64,000 bases of DNA from Kudoa neothunni (lineage: Eukaryota > Animalia > Cnidaria), in the NCBI GenBank assembly GCA_964304625.1, contig OZ199840.1, positions 9,594,882 through 9,658,881 on the forward strand, read 5' to 3'. The notes beneath the pieces are model-generated. The model did no database searches, had not been told where the DNA came from, and was given only the letters and a program-made list of their open reading frames with translations. Made by a program: the position numbers and the translations under genes. Positions 10,607 to 23,453 of the stretch are shown one piece after another. Each line of letters opens with the position of its first letter. The first letter of the stretch is position 1.

Positions 10607-13577
10607 TTAAATAGGGCGAGGTTTGTTTCTGACTCGCTGAAGTCGTTTTCTGATGTAACTTTCAATTTGATCAACGGTAAACTGATGTTTTAGCCCAAAG
10701 ATATTAGTTATTTTTCTTGGAATAGGAGTTTGGACACTGAGGAGTGAATGATGTTCACTGCGTGCCCGTTTTTGGCAAATCGAGCAGAGATGTAGAAGGG
10801 CATCCATTTTGGAGATGTCGATTTCTTCATTCATTTCTGCTTTGGATCGAGCTATAAGATAGGTGGAGAAGGGCTCTTCGATTCCTTTCATTTTTACTGT
10901 ACCTCGCTTTTTCATAAACAGCTCCTTAGAACTGACAGCAGATAGTAGTTTACTAGTTGAATATTTGTATAAGAAAATTTGTGATGAGAGTGAAATTATA
11001 TTTTTAAGTATTGCTTACTTGTACGCACTTTCGGTGATATTGGTAACTCCAGGGACACATGTAGTTTCAGTTCTACTAGCAATGTTTACTGTGGAACCGA
11101 AAATGCAATATCTTGGAAGTTTGCTGCCAATAACTCCCGCAACAATATCCCCCACATGGATCCCACAGGTAAGCTAAAATTCAAAACAGAATATTAAAAA
11201 TTGATAACTCTTATCTATAGTAGTCGATACAATACCACAAGCGGTATATTATTGATTTTTATTAGTTTAGCAACGTCAATCATTTCAATTGCACATTCTA
11301 TAATACTCAATACATTGGCAGGAACAGATGCATCCAATCCGCTGGTGATAAGGTATTTATCGGAAGCAGTCTCGATCTAAATGTATTTATATAATATCAA
11401 TATAAAAATTAGTTGATCTTATAAATTGATGAAGTGTAAGAAATAACCTTGATTACATTTTTCTTTTCTTTCACCACCAAATCGAACAACAAATACAAAT
11501 CATTCACCAACTTGGCCAGTTCGATTGGTTGTAGATACTCACACAAACGTTTAAAATTGTATATTCCAGTGAACATGACAAATGTATCCTTATAGAGGCA
11601 AGGTTCCGATTGTTTTCCTTGTTTGAGCAGTTCGGCTATTTTTGGTGGAATGACATTATACAGCAGAGAGTCGCGTATATTTTTCTCCGTATTTATTTGG
11701 CCTATAAGTCTATACAGTTCTAGGTATTTTTCTTCATTGACAGCGTTACTATGAAGCGCCTTGACAAACAGATTAGTTGAAACTAAGAAAAATAACAAAA
11801 ATTTGTGAAAAACTACCTTAATGTAACGGTCATATTTAAAGATACAACATTTATTCTCCTCATACGGCAAGTAATCTGATAAACATACACCCATTTTGAA
11901 CATTTTACTGATGGATAAAACACGGAGACCTCCCACAAAGACCAAAAAAGATTCTCCATTTGTGTGATTCTCAATAAAAATACCCTTTAGAAATAAATTG
12001 CTCTAAAATATATTATTAATTTTGACAAATCACTCTCTCTCTCTCTCCCACTCACATTGTACTCTCGTCTGGGTACGAATAGAAAAGAGAATCCGTTAAA
12101 TTTGATTATTTCTCTGTAGGTGTATTTTCTGACCCTGGGTTGCATCATAATAAATGTATCATAAAATTGTAAGATTTCCAGATCGATTTGTGGTATTATC
12201 TGTCGATAAAAATTTCCATGCTAAAATTGAATACATATTACAATTGCTTAATCAAACGATCTTTCTCTTTAGAACTGAAAAAATCCAAGAATGTTTTTAA
12301 TAAAAGTTTAATTAGAAATTTTCTCATTAAATTTTTCTCTACTATACTTTGATGATATTTAGTTGTTGATCGAGCACCAAAACATATGGGAATTTTTCAG
12401 TAAATGCGTTCAAAGTTATCGCACTTTTATTGACATTTACATCTGGTTCGATTATTTCATAATTTTTAGCTATTAAAATATTAGAATTTTTTCTTTGATA
12501 AATAGACTTTACTCCCCGCAACCCTGACACTACTATCTGGGAAATCTGGTGGGAATATTTTCAGTGACATTTGTCTATTCAAAGAATGAACCATTATGAT
12601 GTAGGATGATTGGTTGTCGTATTTTGATTGTTTTAGTGTAGATTCAATCTAAAATTATAATATTTTAACTACAATTAAAATTGGAAGTACACGCGGTTCT
12701 ATATTGAAGATGGAGTTGGCAATAGCTTTGATAAAACCACGAAATATCGGACCGTATGCTTCCACTCGAATGCTCACAAATTTTATTCTTAGAGATTGTT
12801 CAATCTTTTTCAAATACAACAATGGGAATGATTTTATTCCGATAGTTAGTTCAGGGAAGGAACTTTCGGTCCTCATATAATCCACCAGAGTCCTACCCAT
12901 TACGCTGGTGAGAGGTATTTCCTGGGTTCCCACTTGTCTGGAGACGTAGTCCACGTAATAAATGCCAAATTTTTCACATATCGAATCCAATTCCTCGCCT
13001 ATCAACAAGATTTCATACAGAAACAACAATCAATATATTATTCATATTCTTATTATTGGTTTCATTGAATTATTTAGTTGACTTAAATAATAAAAAAACA
13101 AAAATATTAAAAAATTTTCGTACCTAATATGATTTCTGCAGATTTAAAAATTTGGAAAAATATGACCGCATCGTATGAATGATGAAAAAGAAAGTCGCCA
13201 TTAAAATTAATAGCATCTCTAATTTCAATTAACTACGATAAGAGACACTATCATTGGATTGGTGTTATTACTTTATTTTATTCCAATCGTTCTCCGAGTA
13301 GGTTTCCTTCACAAAAAAATATACTCCAATAAAAATTTGTCCTTTCTAGTTTGTAATATTCGTTTCAAAAACATAATCCATATATTGATTTTCTACCATG
13401 TAAATAACTCCACCATCTCGTGCATCTATGTTAAGATATCCATCTTTATCTAATGGCCTAGATAGGAATATATAACGAGTAACCACCATTAATTAGCTTA
13501 TCTAAATTGCAAACATACTCTGTTGACGAGGTTTTAGAGGAATCGAAAAAGGCACTCAACGAGTTTCGGTCAAACAT
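10607..13577 (-). CDS. Soluble guanylate cyclase, beta-type subunit (H-NOX, PAS/HNOBA, coiled coil, cyclase), multi-exon
   Basis: H-NOX start M|KGQIF...DWNKIK (ATG 13399, intron directly after it); [11 protein letters not shown]; [21 protein letters not shown]; cyclase motifs [50 protein letters not shown] and RGTVKMKG. The upstream in-frame ATG at 13577 is tentative. Confidence 0.9.
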
Positions 13578-14351
13578 CCCATGGAAATCGCCTTAAATCT
13601 TCGATTCTTTCCCCACTAATTTACGCCTACATACTAATACCTCCTGCTTATTTAAATGTGCATAAAATTTCTCAAATAACTAAAAACTTATATTTTTCAG
13701 AAGAATTATAGTTATCCAAATTTTTTTTTCTAAACGTCTTCGACAAAAACTTGTTACTATGTTCGCGGCAATTATTAGTTTTGAGGACTGCTAGATAAAA
13801 TCCCATTTTAGCATAATGAATAAGTAAATCGTGGACATAAAATTCAAAATCAGCATTGAATGACGTATTGATCCTAAGTATATTTTAAATTAATAACTTT
13901 TAGCGATATTACATACGAATAAATTAATTAGATTAGATTATACTAAAGCTATTTAAAACAGCATAAAATAATACTTTATTTAAAAAATCATAAAGTTTAT
14001 TATTCAGAAGATATCTCTTGAAATAAGGCGGGGGATCTACAGACGGACCTTAAATCGGTACAAAGCAGCCTTTCTCGAATCGTTTTAGTTTTAGTATCCA
14101 TATCACAAGTAATATGCCATTAAAAAAGTTATATGTTTATATGAAGCAAATATTTTTAATAAAATTACACGAAAAAGAAAAATAATGTAAATAACATAAA
14201 TCCAACTGATAAATTAAATACTCTGACTTAATTATTATCTTTTGTAGGCATTAATTAAGTCGAACGAAGCACGTCATTAGATAAACACACGGATAATTCA
14301 AAATTTATAATTAAACTAGATATTTAATATTTTAATGCAAAATATCAGATG

Positions 14352-14379
14352 TGACATTCCGCGCTTGCGCGGAATGTCA
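14352..14379. other. perfect GC-rich 13-bp inverted repeat (possible Helitron/Helentron terminal hairpin)
   Basis: TGACATTCCGCGC-TT-GCGCGGAATGTCA, with ACTAG about 32 nt to the left. Confidence 0.4.
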
Positions 14380-15200
14380 ATATATTTCTTTGTTGATCTA
14401 ATTACAAATATAAAATCAGAATAGATAAAATAAGGATTTAAACAAATTTCTGATGTAAAGTTTTAGTTTATATAATTTTTTGGTGCAAATTGACTTTGGC
14501 TTGAAGTATAAAAATTCAAAGTAATTCAACAAAAAAAAGCTAAAACACTTAGTTTGACGCTAATAAATTTAAATTCACATTTTCCTTGGACTTTAATTGA
14601 AAAAAACATATAATACAGTTGTAAGGAATGAACCTAATTTAAAATGGATTATAGTTTATTTATCATTTCTTTTAAAAGGTAAACATTAAATAATTTTATA
14701 CATTAAAACATTTGGGGTTTATAATTATATTTTATCTGTGAACAAAAATTACATAAATAATCATTTTAATCTTAACTGCAAGTAAACAGGATGATGTAGA
14801 TAGAATATGTAAATTAATTTCAAATTTAATTTATCAAACTTATTTCAGTTTGGATTGCGCGTACAATATATTTTAATGAGAGATTCTAACTACGTAGAAT
14901 TCGTACATTTCGCATAAAGTACGATAGGCCGTATAATTTTTGTTGGTAACTCAAGTTGTGAGTCTCAGAATGATGCAATAGGAAAACTGTGATTTATCGA
15001 AGCCTTTCGAGATTTTAATCATTTTTATAATTCAGTATTCATGTAACTTAGATTTCATATAGTTAAAAATATTTTTAGTTTTTTAAAAAAATTTAACATG
15101 AAAAAGAATCAGATTTAAATTTTAAAACATGCGCAAGCGCTAACGGTGAGTGTGCTTGCTTCACCCTCAATAACGACGACAGAAATAATAAAAACACAAA

Positions 15201-16210
15201 ATGACTACAAAATTTGGATTGAGTTTTATTGAAAAATTCATCCGAAGTAAAAAAACTCAACAACGATATTTTATCGGCATGGGTTCCTTAATTTCTGTTT
15301 TTCAGTTCGCTCCAGAACTTAGCGTTTTATTGAACTGCGAGGGTGTGCTACACGCTGAATTGGGAATTATTCCAATTACGGACGAACTTCAAAGTGAATT
15401 CACCAAAATCTGCGCTAAAGCTAATATCGATCCTGACAGTGTTGTGATGAAAACGTGGTCCAGAGAAAAGTAAGTTTTTTGAATTAATTAAGATTGATCT
15501 TATAATTGATATAAATTAGTTTTAAACTTATTGGTGGGTCATGGCTGTACAAATTGTTTGGGTTGAAAAGTATAATGTGTGTGCCCGCTCTGTTTGAGTC
15601 TTCGTATGTGGAAAGACGTTCCAGAGGATACAGCCGTCTTACGATTGGTCGTGTCCAATGGAAGTCACCTATAGGCAGTTTGGCAGAGGTCTATTATGTG
15701 CCGAATATTTTGGAAAAATGTTTTGGAATTACTGGCCAACTGGCTGTTCACAAATATAACACTTGGATGTTGGCTTCCTGTTTTTGTTTGATGTCATTCA
15801 TGGCAATATTGTGCTATTTTTCGTTGTACTTCATGAACAGAGGATTCTACCTGCTTGTCATACCTGTTCCGGTGATAGCAAGTTTTTTTGTGCAAGGACC
15901 TCTGTGGAGCCTCTATCTCCGAATGGAAACCTTCATAGCCGATAGTTTTGTTATTAGAAAATTCCCCGAGTTGATAAAGCATGGGAAGACGACTCTTATT
16001 GGACCGCTTTTCTTTAATACTGCTATTAAAATTCCTGGCAACAAACAAAGACGTTTCGACAGATACTTCTATGAACATTACCGTTTATCAAAACTTCCGA
16101 ATGTTAGTAGATTGAAGCGGTTGGATAAATATGACCAAGCTCACCCAGCGAATACACTTGCAAATGCTACCGTTACAACAAGAGAAACGAAAGCAACAAC
16201 AGTGGAATAA
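15201..16210 (+). CDS. TMEM177: TMEM177-like mitochondrial inner-membrane protein, 2 exons
   Basis: One intron (~15470-15519) joins the two ORFs. Motifs PITDELQSEF, VPALF, VQWKSPIG, two hydrophobic helices and KLPNVSR are collinear with TMEM177 (PLPPQLQSLF, IPASF, VDWRSPAG, HLPYTTR, recalled from memory). Confidence 0.7.
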
Positions 16211-17637
16211 TTTGTAAAAATTTTCTAAAGCATCGATTTTTTTGATGATAATTTGATTATGATTATGTGTTTGAAATTTCTTTGCGTAATGTGTAATTTA
16301 TAACCGCACTTTTTATCGCAAAGTAGACTCGTATCTACGATAATTTATGGACTTAAAAATAATAAATTAATAATTAAACAATTATAATCGCGCTTAAATT
16401 CATTTACACGCATGCCTAGTGAATAGAACAAAAAGTTCTCCATTGAGGGAAAATATTTCCTTATTTTCCTGTGGTGTTTTTATCAATAGTATTAATTTGT
16501 CCTAAATATATTTTGGATTCCCTTACTAATTACACAGCTATAATAACTTAACTTGATTCAAAACAGTGTGGGTTACAATATCCTTGGTAATTAATACAGA
16601 TTCGTTTTATTTTACGCATCTATGATGACTAATCATTATTTTTGTATTTGAAAATTTTTTATTGGTGATTTCGTAAATCACAATTGTTAATAGTGTAATT
16701 CATTAAAAATATTTTAGTTTAATCCCTTCTGTGGGTTAACTGAAAATATTAGTGTATTTTTAAATGATTTTTAAGGGGTTGTTTAACCCAAAATATTTCC
16801 AACACGAGGCAAGTCTTTGTGGTTCGCGCTATTTTGTCGCTAAAATTAATATAATGCATCTAAATTATTCCATGTTTTGGATTGTAGGCTGGAGATTTAA
16901 AGTACTACGCCAAAAATTTTGATTGCTGTATATAACACGAATTTTGTTACCCCTCTAAGGGGCTTGGGGTTTTTTAGACCCCAAAAGAATTTTAATTTGT
17001 TCATAGATATAATAATTATCTGAGATATTTAAAGTTTCGTCCATTCTCCAAAATTATTTTAATAAATAGATTCGAACAAAATTTTATGTGAAATATTGAT
17101 TATATCTCTTCAAACAAAATTTTTTTCCCCCAACGGGTTTTGGGGTAAAAAATACCCCATGATTTTTTTTAGTTCAATGGATGCAGAAAAATATTACAAA
17201 ACGATACGGAAGACTTTGAAAAATTCTGCCTAAGGAATACTGAGAAGTTGAATAATTATTGTCCGAGATAATCCGATTAATTTCGCGGGTGTCATATATG
17301 TCGTAGTCATCGTTTCAACGAGTATTGTGGCGCCAGTGTTTATTGTCCGAAATAAACAAAATTATCCATGTTACTAGCCCTGCTAACAATAAATATCCTC
17401 CAATAAATAAGCTTTTGATAATTTAAGGTAAAATTGCGGAACAATGGGAGAATTCACCAATGGCAAATTACATTTAGTTTGATAATTAATCCTACAATTA
17501 TACATTTAAATTTTGTGATATTTATTAAACAATTTATAGTCGTATATGAAAGTAGACAACTGCAAACTTAAAACCAAAATAGCTTGAGTGGGACTAACAT
17601 GGTTTATCCAATGTTAACTTGCCACGCTAAAACCCCC

Positions 17638-17881
17638 TTATCATTATTAATTATTATTATTATTATTAATTATTATTATTATTATTATTAATTATTATTA
17701 TTATTATTAATTATTATTATTATTATTAATTATTATTATTAATTATTATTATCATTATTAATTATTATTATTATTAATTATTATTATCATTATTAATTAT
17801 TATTAATTATTATTATTATTAATTATTATCATTATTATTATTATTATTAATTATTATTATTATTATTATTAATTATTATTA

Positions 17882-17912
<31 letters not shown>

Positions 17913-17980
17913 ATTATTATTAATTATTATTATCATTATTAATTATTATCATTATTAATTATTATCATTATTAATTATTA
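17638..17980. repeat. interrupted (ATT)n microsatellite
   Basis: About 340 bp of A(ATT)n units with occasional ATC variants. Confidence 0.95.
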
Positions 17981-18422
17981 GTTTATTGGACCCAGTCGGG
18001 TCGCGTGTGTTATTCTGTAGTTGGGTGAGCGCACTTAAGAAACGTAACAGGGATACATATACATTTGTACCACGAAAATTTTTCAGTCTTTAATTTTTGA
18101 CATTTTTTCATAAGGAAATGATATTAAAAAATAGTTCGGGTGATGTTATTGAGAATTTAAATAAAAATGGAAGATATGTTAAGAGTAACCTAGAATTTGA
18201 GGATTGTCTAGCGTGATAAATGCTCTAGAAAGAGCTTTTCGAATATTTAGAAATTTCATACGAGTCAAAGTCGAATGTGATGAGATATTAGAGAAAATAT
18301 CAACTATTAAATCGGGTTTCCAGTGAGAATTTTACGAAGATCAAGAAAAAAGGCGAATTTTCGCAATCATACAAATAATAAGACTGGTTCTATGGGGATT
18401 TAAGGAAATATTACATCATTTT

Positions 18423-18870
18423 ATGGGTTTTAGACGAGGATTGGAAATTGATAATTTTTTCACCCCCCTCCAACATCCAATGGCACTATTCTTGTTGCAG
18501 GAGAATATTACTTTAATGACAATTTTTATGAGCAATAACCGCTGCATACCTGAAATTCTACGACATATGACTAATTGCGATGTGTTATCGGCCAAATTTA
18601 TCTTCTGGAGAACGTAACGCTAATGCCATACGTTTTAAAAGAAAAAGCGTATTATTTTTATAATAATAATCGAATTTCCATGATAGAGGGATTGTAAAGA
18701 ATAAATCTGAAATCATTATCAATTATAATCAAACCAAAGGAGGTTTGATGGCGGCGATCGAATGGCGTAAAAGTACCGCTGTGCTTATATAACCAGAAGA
18801 TGACTCTTCAGCATGCTTATGGATCGCGTATTCGATGTTCCATCATTTAACGCTTATATAATATGGATAT
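18423..18870 (+). pseudogene. piggyBac transposase remnant
   Basis: DNFFT motif at ~18450, YNQTKGG-(frameshift)-DGGDRM at ~18725, then ITRR* and FNAYII; multiple stops and frameshifts. Confidence 0.75.
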
Positions 18871-20564
18871 CGAAATTCCCAGACCTGCGAGAAAGTGATC
18901 AAGTAACCATGTAATCGGTGGCAATGTTTTCTTTGCGAACTTGTTGTGTAATTCATCACTCCAAATGTTTTGAGTCGTCAAAGTTTAGGGAATAACCATT
19001 ATTTTTGTATTAAAATTAGACTCGTACTGTTTAACAAATACATCAGGGACGACGAAACATTTATTTCTGGTGAAATAATTTTGAACCTGATACAATCAAG
19101 ATCACTCACTGTTCAAGGAATATATACAAAAAACTGCGTTCCTTCTCAACAAATTAAATAAAGAATTCGGAATGTCCCAATTGCGATTTGGAATCAAACT
19201 TACGTACATAAAATGGTTTAAGCTCAATATATTTATATGAGTTACGGAATAGTTTGGGGATAAACGTTCAACGTATGTATGATATTCATTCTATGAAGAA
19301 TATAACGAAATTTACGAAGCGAATAAAATATACTATACTCAAAATTATAATAATTAATATATACAAGTTGTTTAATTGCCATATTTATTCGCGGACTTTA
19401 TATTTTATGTTAAAACTCAACTTAACTTTTAAAGTAACAGTCAACAATAACGTAGTATGTTGTGAGAGCTAATAATGCAAATCATTCAAAAATACTTTAT
19501 TATTATCGTTTAATTAAATGTATGTATACACACGTAATTGAATTTATTTTTTCTCCACTCTTCTTTCTCAATATTATATTTTGTTCTTGTCCATTTATTA
19601 AATCGAAAATAATATTTGTTAGGTGATTTCTCGGTTGAAAAGAAGTTTTTCCCAAATTAACCTCAACATTTATCTACGGGATTAACCAGGATAATCGGTG
19701 ATCTATAACCACTGAGTTTGTTGGCTGTGCGATAAAGTTGCAAAAAAAATTGAATCTGAATGCCGAATCCTCTAAGAGTTTATTTAGAGTTTTATTTTGT
19801 TGTGAAATATTCTCATCTCGAATATATAGCTGATTCGTCATTTCTTTGGTGAATCATGATTATCAGTTAAATTCGTGTTTCTTACTATATAGCTAAACTA
19901 TGTTTATTTTTTTGTGGTTTTTGTTAAAATAATTTGTCTCGCCACATAAGTGTAATAACATGAAAATTGTTTGTGGTGTAAAATACACCCCTTTCGTCAT
20001 CCTCGTTAGTTTTTTTGAGCTCCTTCTTCCGAGGGTTATAAAACTCATATCAATTATACATTCATATTACATAAATTTGAATTCAATTTAATAACGTACA
20101 ATAACGACTTATAAATCGCCACACCTAAATAAATTATATTTTTTCAAAATCGTATATGCTCGTCTATAGCATTACGATTTTGAATGGTCAGTCCGAAAAT
20201 TGATTTTTACGCATATGCACTTAACTATATATCGAACAGTATACAAAATTAATTTCAAAAAATACCATATCGTTTATATGAAGTGTGAAATTTTCAATAG
20301 ATCATTATTATATTTTAATTTATTACGTAAAATTAAAAAATAAGTATTAACCTGAAAATAATATCACATAAACGCGAGTTTTCCACAGTTTACTAGAAAG
20401 ACGTTTGTTAATTACGCGCATACACGCACGCACTCACGCAATCGCACACGGAATGATTGTCGTTCGTCAATTATCAGATATTGAATAATCGAAAATATTA
20501 TAAAAATCCATCCAAAATTACAATATCTTACAAAATAACCTATGCTATGGTTGGATGGTTTTCC

Positions 20565-20741
20565 TAATAATAAATAATAATAATAAATAATAAATAATAA
20601 TAATATATAATAAATAATAATAATATATAATAAATAATAATAATATATAATAAATAATAATAATATATAATAAATAATAATATATAATAAATAATAATAA
20701 TAATCATATATATATATATATATATAAGTAAATAATAATAT
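20565..20741. repeat. (AAT)n-derived ~20-bp minisatellite plus (TA)n
   Basis: Tandem TAATAAATAATAATAATATA-type units directly upstream of ZC3H14. Confidence 0.9.
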
Positions 20742-20813
20742 TACTAGCGGGAGTCAGCGCATCCTTGATTATACGTAAGGTGCCAACCGAGATAATACGA
20801 ATCAAGCCGAAAA

Positions 20814-22703
20814 ATGACCAACGCGAAGATGGTTTATTTCGACGTATTTCCTATCCAATGGATGCATGCGATAACTTGACTGTATAGAATGCTTTGAGCT
20901 CCAAGTTGAGAGACGTGGGCCGATACACAGGTAAGCATTAATGGTTGTTTTCTTTAAAAATAATGACGTGGGGATATAGAAGCATTGATGGACTATATAA
21001 AGAAGTTGCTCTCTAATAACAAGTCGAAAGCCGATCTAGTAGCTGATTTGACTCTGTTTCTACAAAATGATACGGAGCAATTTGTGATTGGTGAGTGAAG
21101 ACTGCGTGAATATGCCAGCATTGATTTTGCGGGTTAACAGTCTGTTATGTTAAATTTTTGTAGGCTGTTTGATTTGATCGAATCTATCAACAATGCACCA
21201 CACGATGAGATACAAGCAGTGGAATCGGATTCACAATTTCAAACTGTTGACGTTAATAATTCTGTTAACCAACATGTAGGTATGATGCCACCATCATCAT
21301 TTGATCATCAGAATGGGTATAATTTCGGTGGATATTTTGTTGCTTATTTATACAATTTTAGCAATGGAGCATTGAGCCTAAATAATCAACCTCAAAATGA
21401 TAACTTAGGTATCGATAGTAGCTCAATTGTCACTCATAATGAAATCACCATGGATGACGAATTGGTTGATACTCAAACCAATCACCCAAGGATACATGAT
21501 GGAAAAGCTGAGAATAAATCTCGTTTCAATAGGTTCATGAAAGATATTAAGCGAGTCAACGAGCAGCCAATCACTGCGTATTGATTTTTTTAGTTGCAAT
21601 TGTTTGATTTTAATGTATGCATTTAGTCACAAAGCTACCGGTACTCGTCGTTCTGTGCAGAAACCTGTGCGACCTAAAGTCACAGAAAAAAGATGGCCCA
21701 CTCGTTTGAGAGACGATCTATCGAATGATCTACGAAATGTGATCGATGATTTGAAATTGACTAAAAATAAAGGCTCATGCGATGGGATTTTCGTGGCGAA
21801 TGTCATGGATGTGCCAACAGTCTCACCACCACCACCACCACCACTATCTGATAGTATGTTATCAATCTGTTGTTTGAATAAAAATGATTAATAATAAACC
21901 CTTAGATGTTCATTTAATGGGAACAATAACTGATGACATGATGACCGCCGCCGTCCAAAAACCCCTTCCAGATGCAATCAGAATTAGCAATGGTCGATGT
22001 AAGTTTTGGCCAAGTTGTAAAAATGTCAACAATGATTGTGTCTACTATCATCCTACTATTCCCTGCATGTATTTTTGGCTTTATTACTGATTACTGATGT
22101 AATCCCGGCTCATGATTATTGATATAGGAAGTTTCCCAATTGTGTTTACGGAAACAAATGTCTCTACATTCATCCAGTTTGTAAATTTGGTGAAAAGTAT
22201 TATTTGCTTCTTTTTTTTGCGATACGTGAGGTCATTTATCCTATCAAGTTGCACCAACCAAAAATTGCACGTATACCCACTTGAATCGACCCACCAAAAG
22301 GTCGCATATTCCAAACAACGTTCAACATCCCACAAAAAATCTTTTTACATATAATGCTGATGAAACTACCTCTTCCCATGGTTGTTTGACCTCAAGCCCT
22401 ATGTCAAATGGTGGTATGCTGAACAGTCATATTTTCCCCTTTTATATTTTAACGTAACCTCCACTTCAATCAGCTAAATCCACAAACACCTCCTTTGGAT
22501 CTATTCCGTGCAAATACGGGGCCAACTGTCGCAACAAACAATGTCACTTCAAACACCCCAATCGCGATAACAACGGCACGGTCAGTCTTCATTCCATGGT
22601 CGTATATTTTAAATTTGCTGACTAATATTAAAATCGATAGACTATAAGATCGGATTCTAACCCAGCGATGAAGTATTTGGCTCCGGATCTTGTTTCCAAA
22701 TAA
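20814..22703 (+). CDS. ZC3H14: ZC3H14/Nab2 poly(A)-binding CCCH zinc-finger protein, multi-exon, with two apparent 1-nt indels
   Basis: PWI-like N-terminus (ALSSKLRDVGRYTEALMDYI...NNKSKADLVADLTLFLQNDTEQF) and fingers CKFWPSCKNVNNDCVYYH, C.KFPNCVYGNKCLYIH, CKFGENC...CTYTH and CKYGANCRNKQCHFKH. Confidence 0.9.
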
Positions 22704-22877
22704 ATGTATCTACCTAATTGAAAATTTATTTTCTACTTTAATTATTCAGTGTGTGACTGTATCAAGATGGTGAAAGTCGTATTTTCATTTTCTATCCAGT
22801 TTATTTGAAATTAATGATGTATTATTTTTTATTTTATAATTGCTTGTTTTTTTTACCTTTTAAAATAAATTATTATA

Positions 22878-22900
22878 CAGTAAACTCTCGGTATACGCAC
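22878..22900 (+). mobile_element. orphan Tigger/pogo-like TIR
   Basis: TA-CAGTAAACTCTCGGTATACGC; no partner end recognised. Confidence 0.35.
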
Positions 22901-23453
22901 TAAATCGAGACCTGAGCTTTTACTGCCCAATATAGGATAGATAGATAGAATAGATTAGATAGAATAGAATAGAATGTTGTTGTATGTGATTAAATTTTTT
23001 ATTTTTTCACGCAAAAATTATCTATCTTGCTTGAATTATTAAATTAAGGATGTGAATGGCATCGATCTAATAATAGGCCAACTTTAGATCAAGAGTTTTC
23101 AAAATATCAAGAAAATAGTTAGACATCTAACCATTTTTTGAACGTTAATATTTAACAGAAAATTCATAAATTCCTTTTAAACAAGGAGTCGCTTTTAATT
23201 GACCAATGACATTATGTGGAATTTTATCTCTATAATTCTATTATGGGATTTTTGATTGTTTCATTTCCATTTAATTCAACTTCTCTATATCATATGTTCG
23301 TTGTTTGCATTGTTCCTAGGAAAGAGCGGTCTCACCGTGATTTAATATGTTTTCTTGTTCATATCTACGTTTTGCCTAATAAAATTTGATTGCCTAATCA
23401 TTAACAATATTACCATCAATTTTCCCCCTTCTCCACGAAAAGTGAAATCTTAA

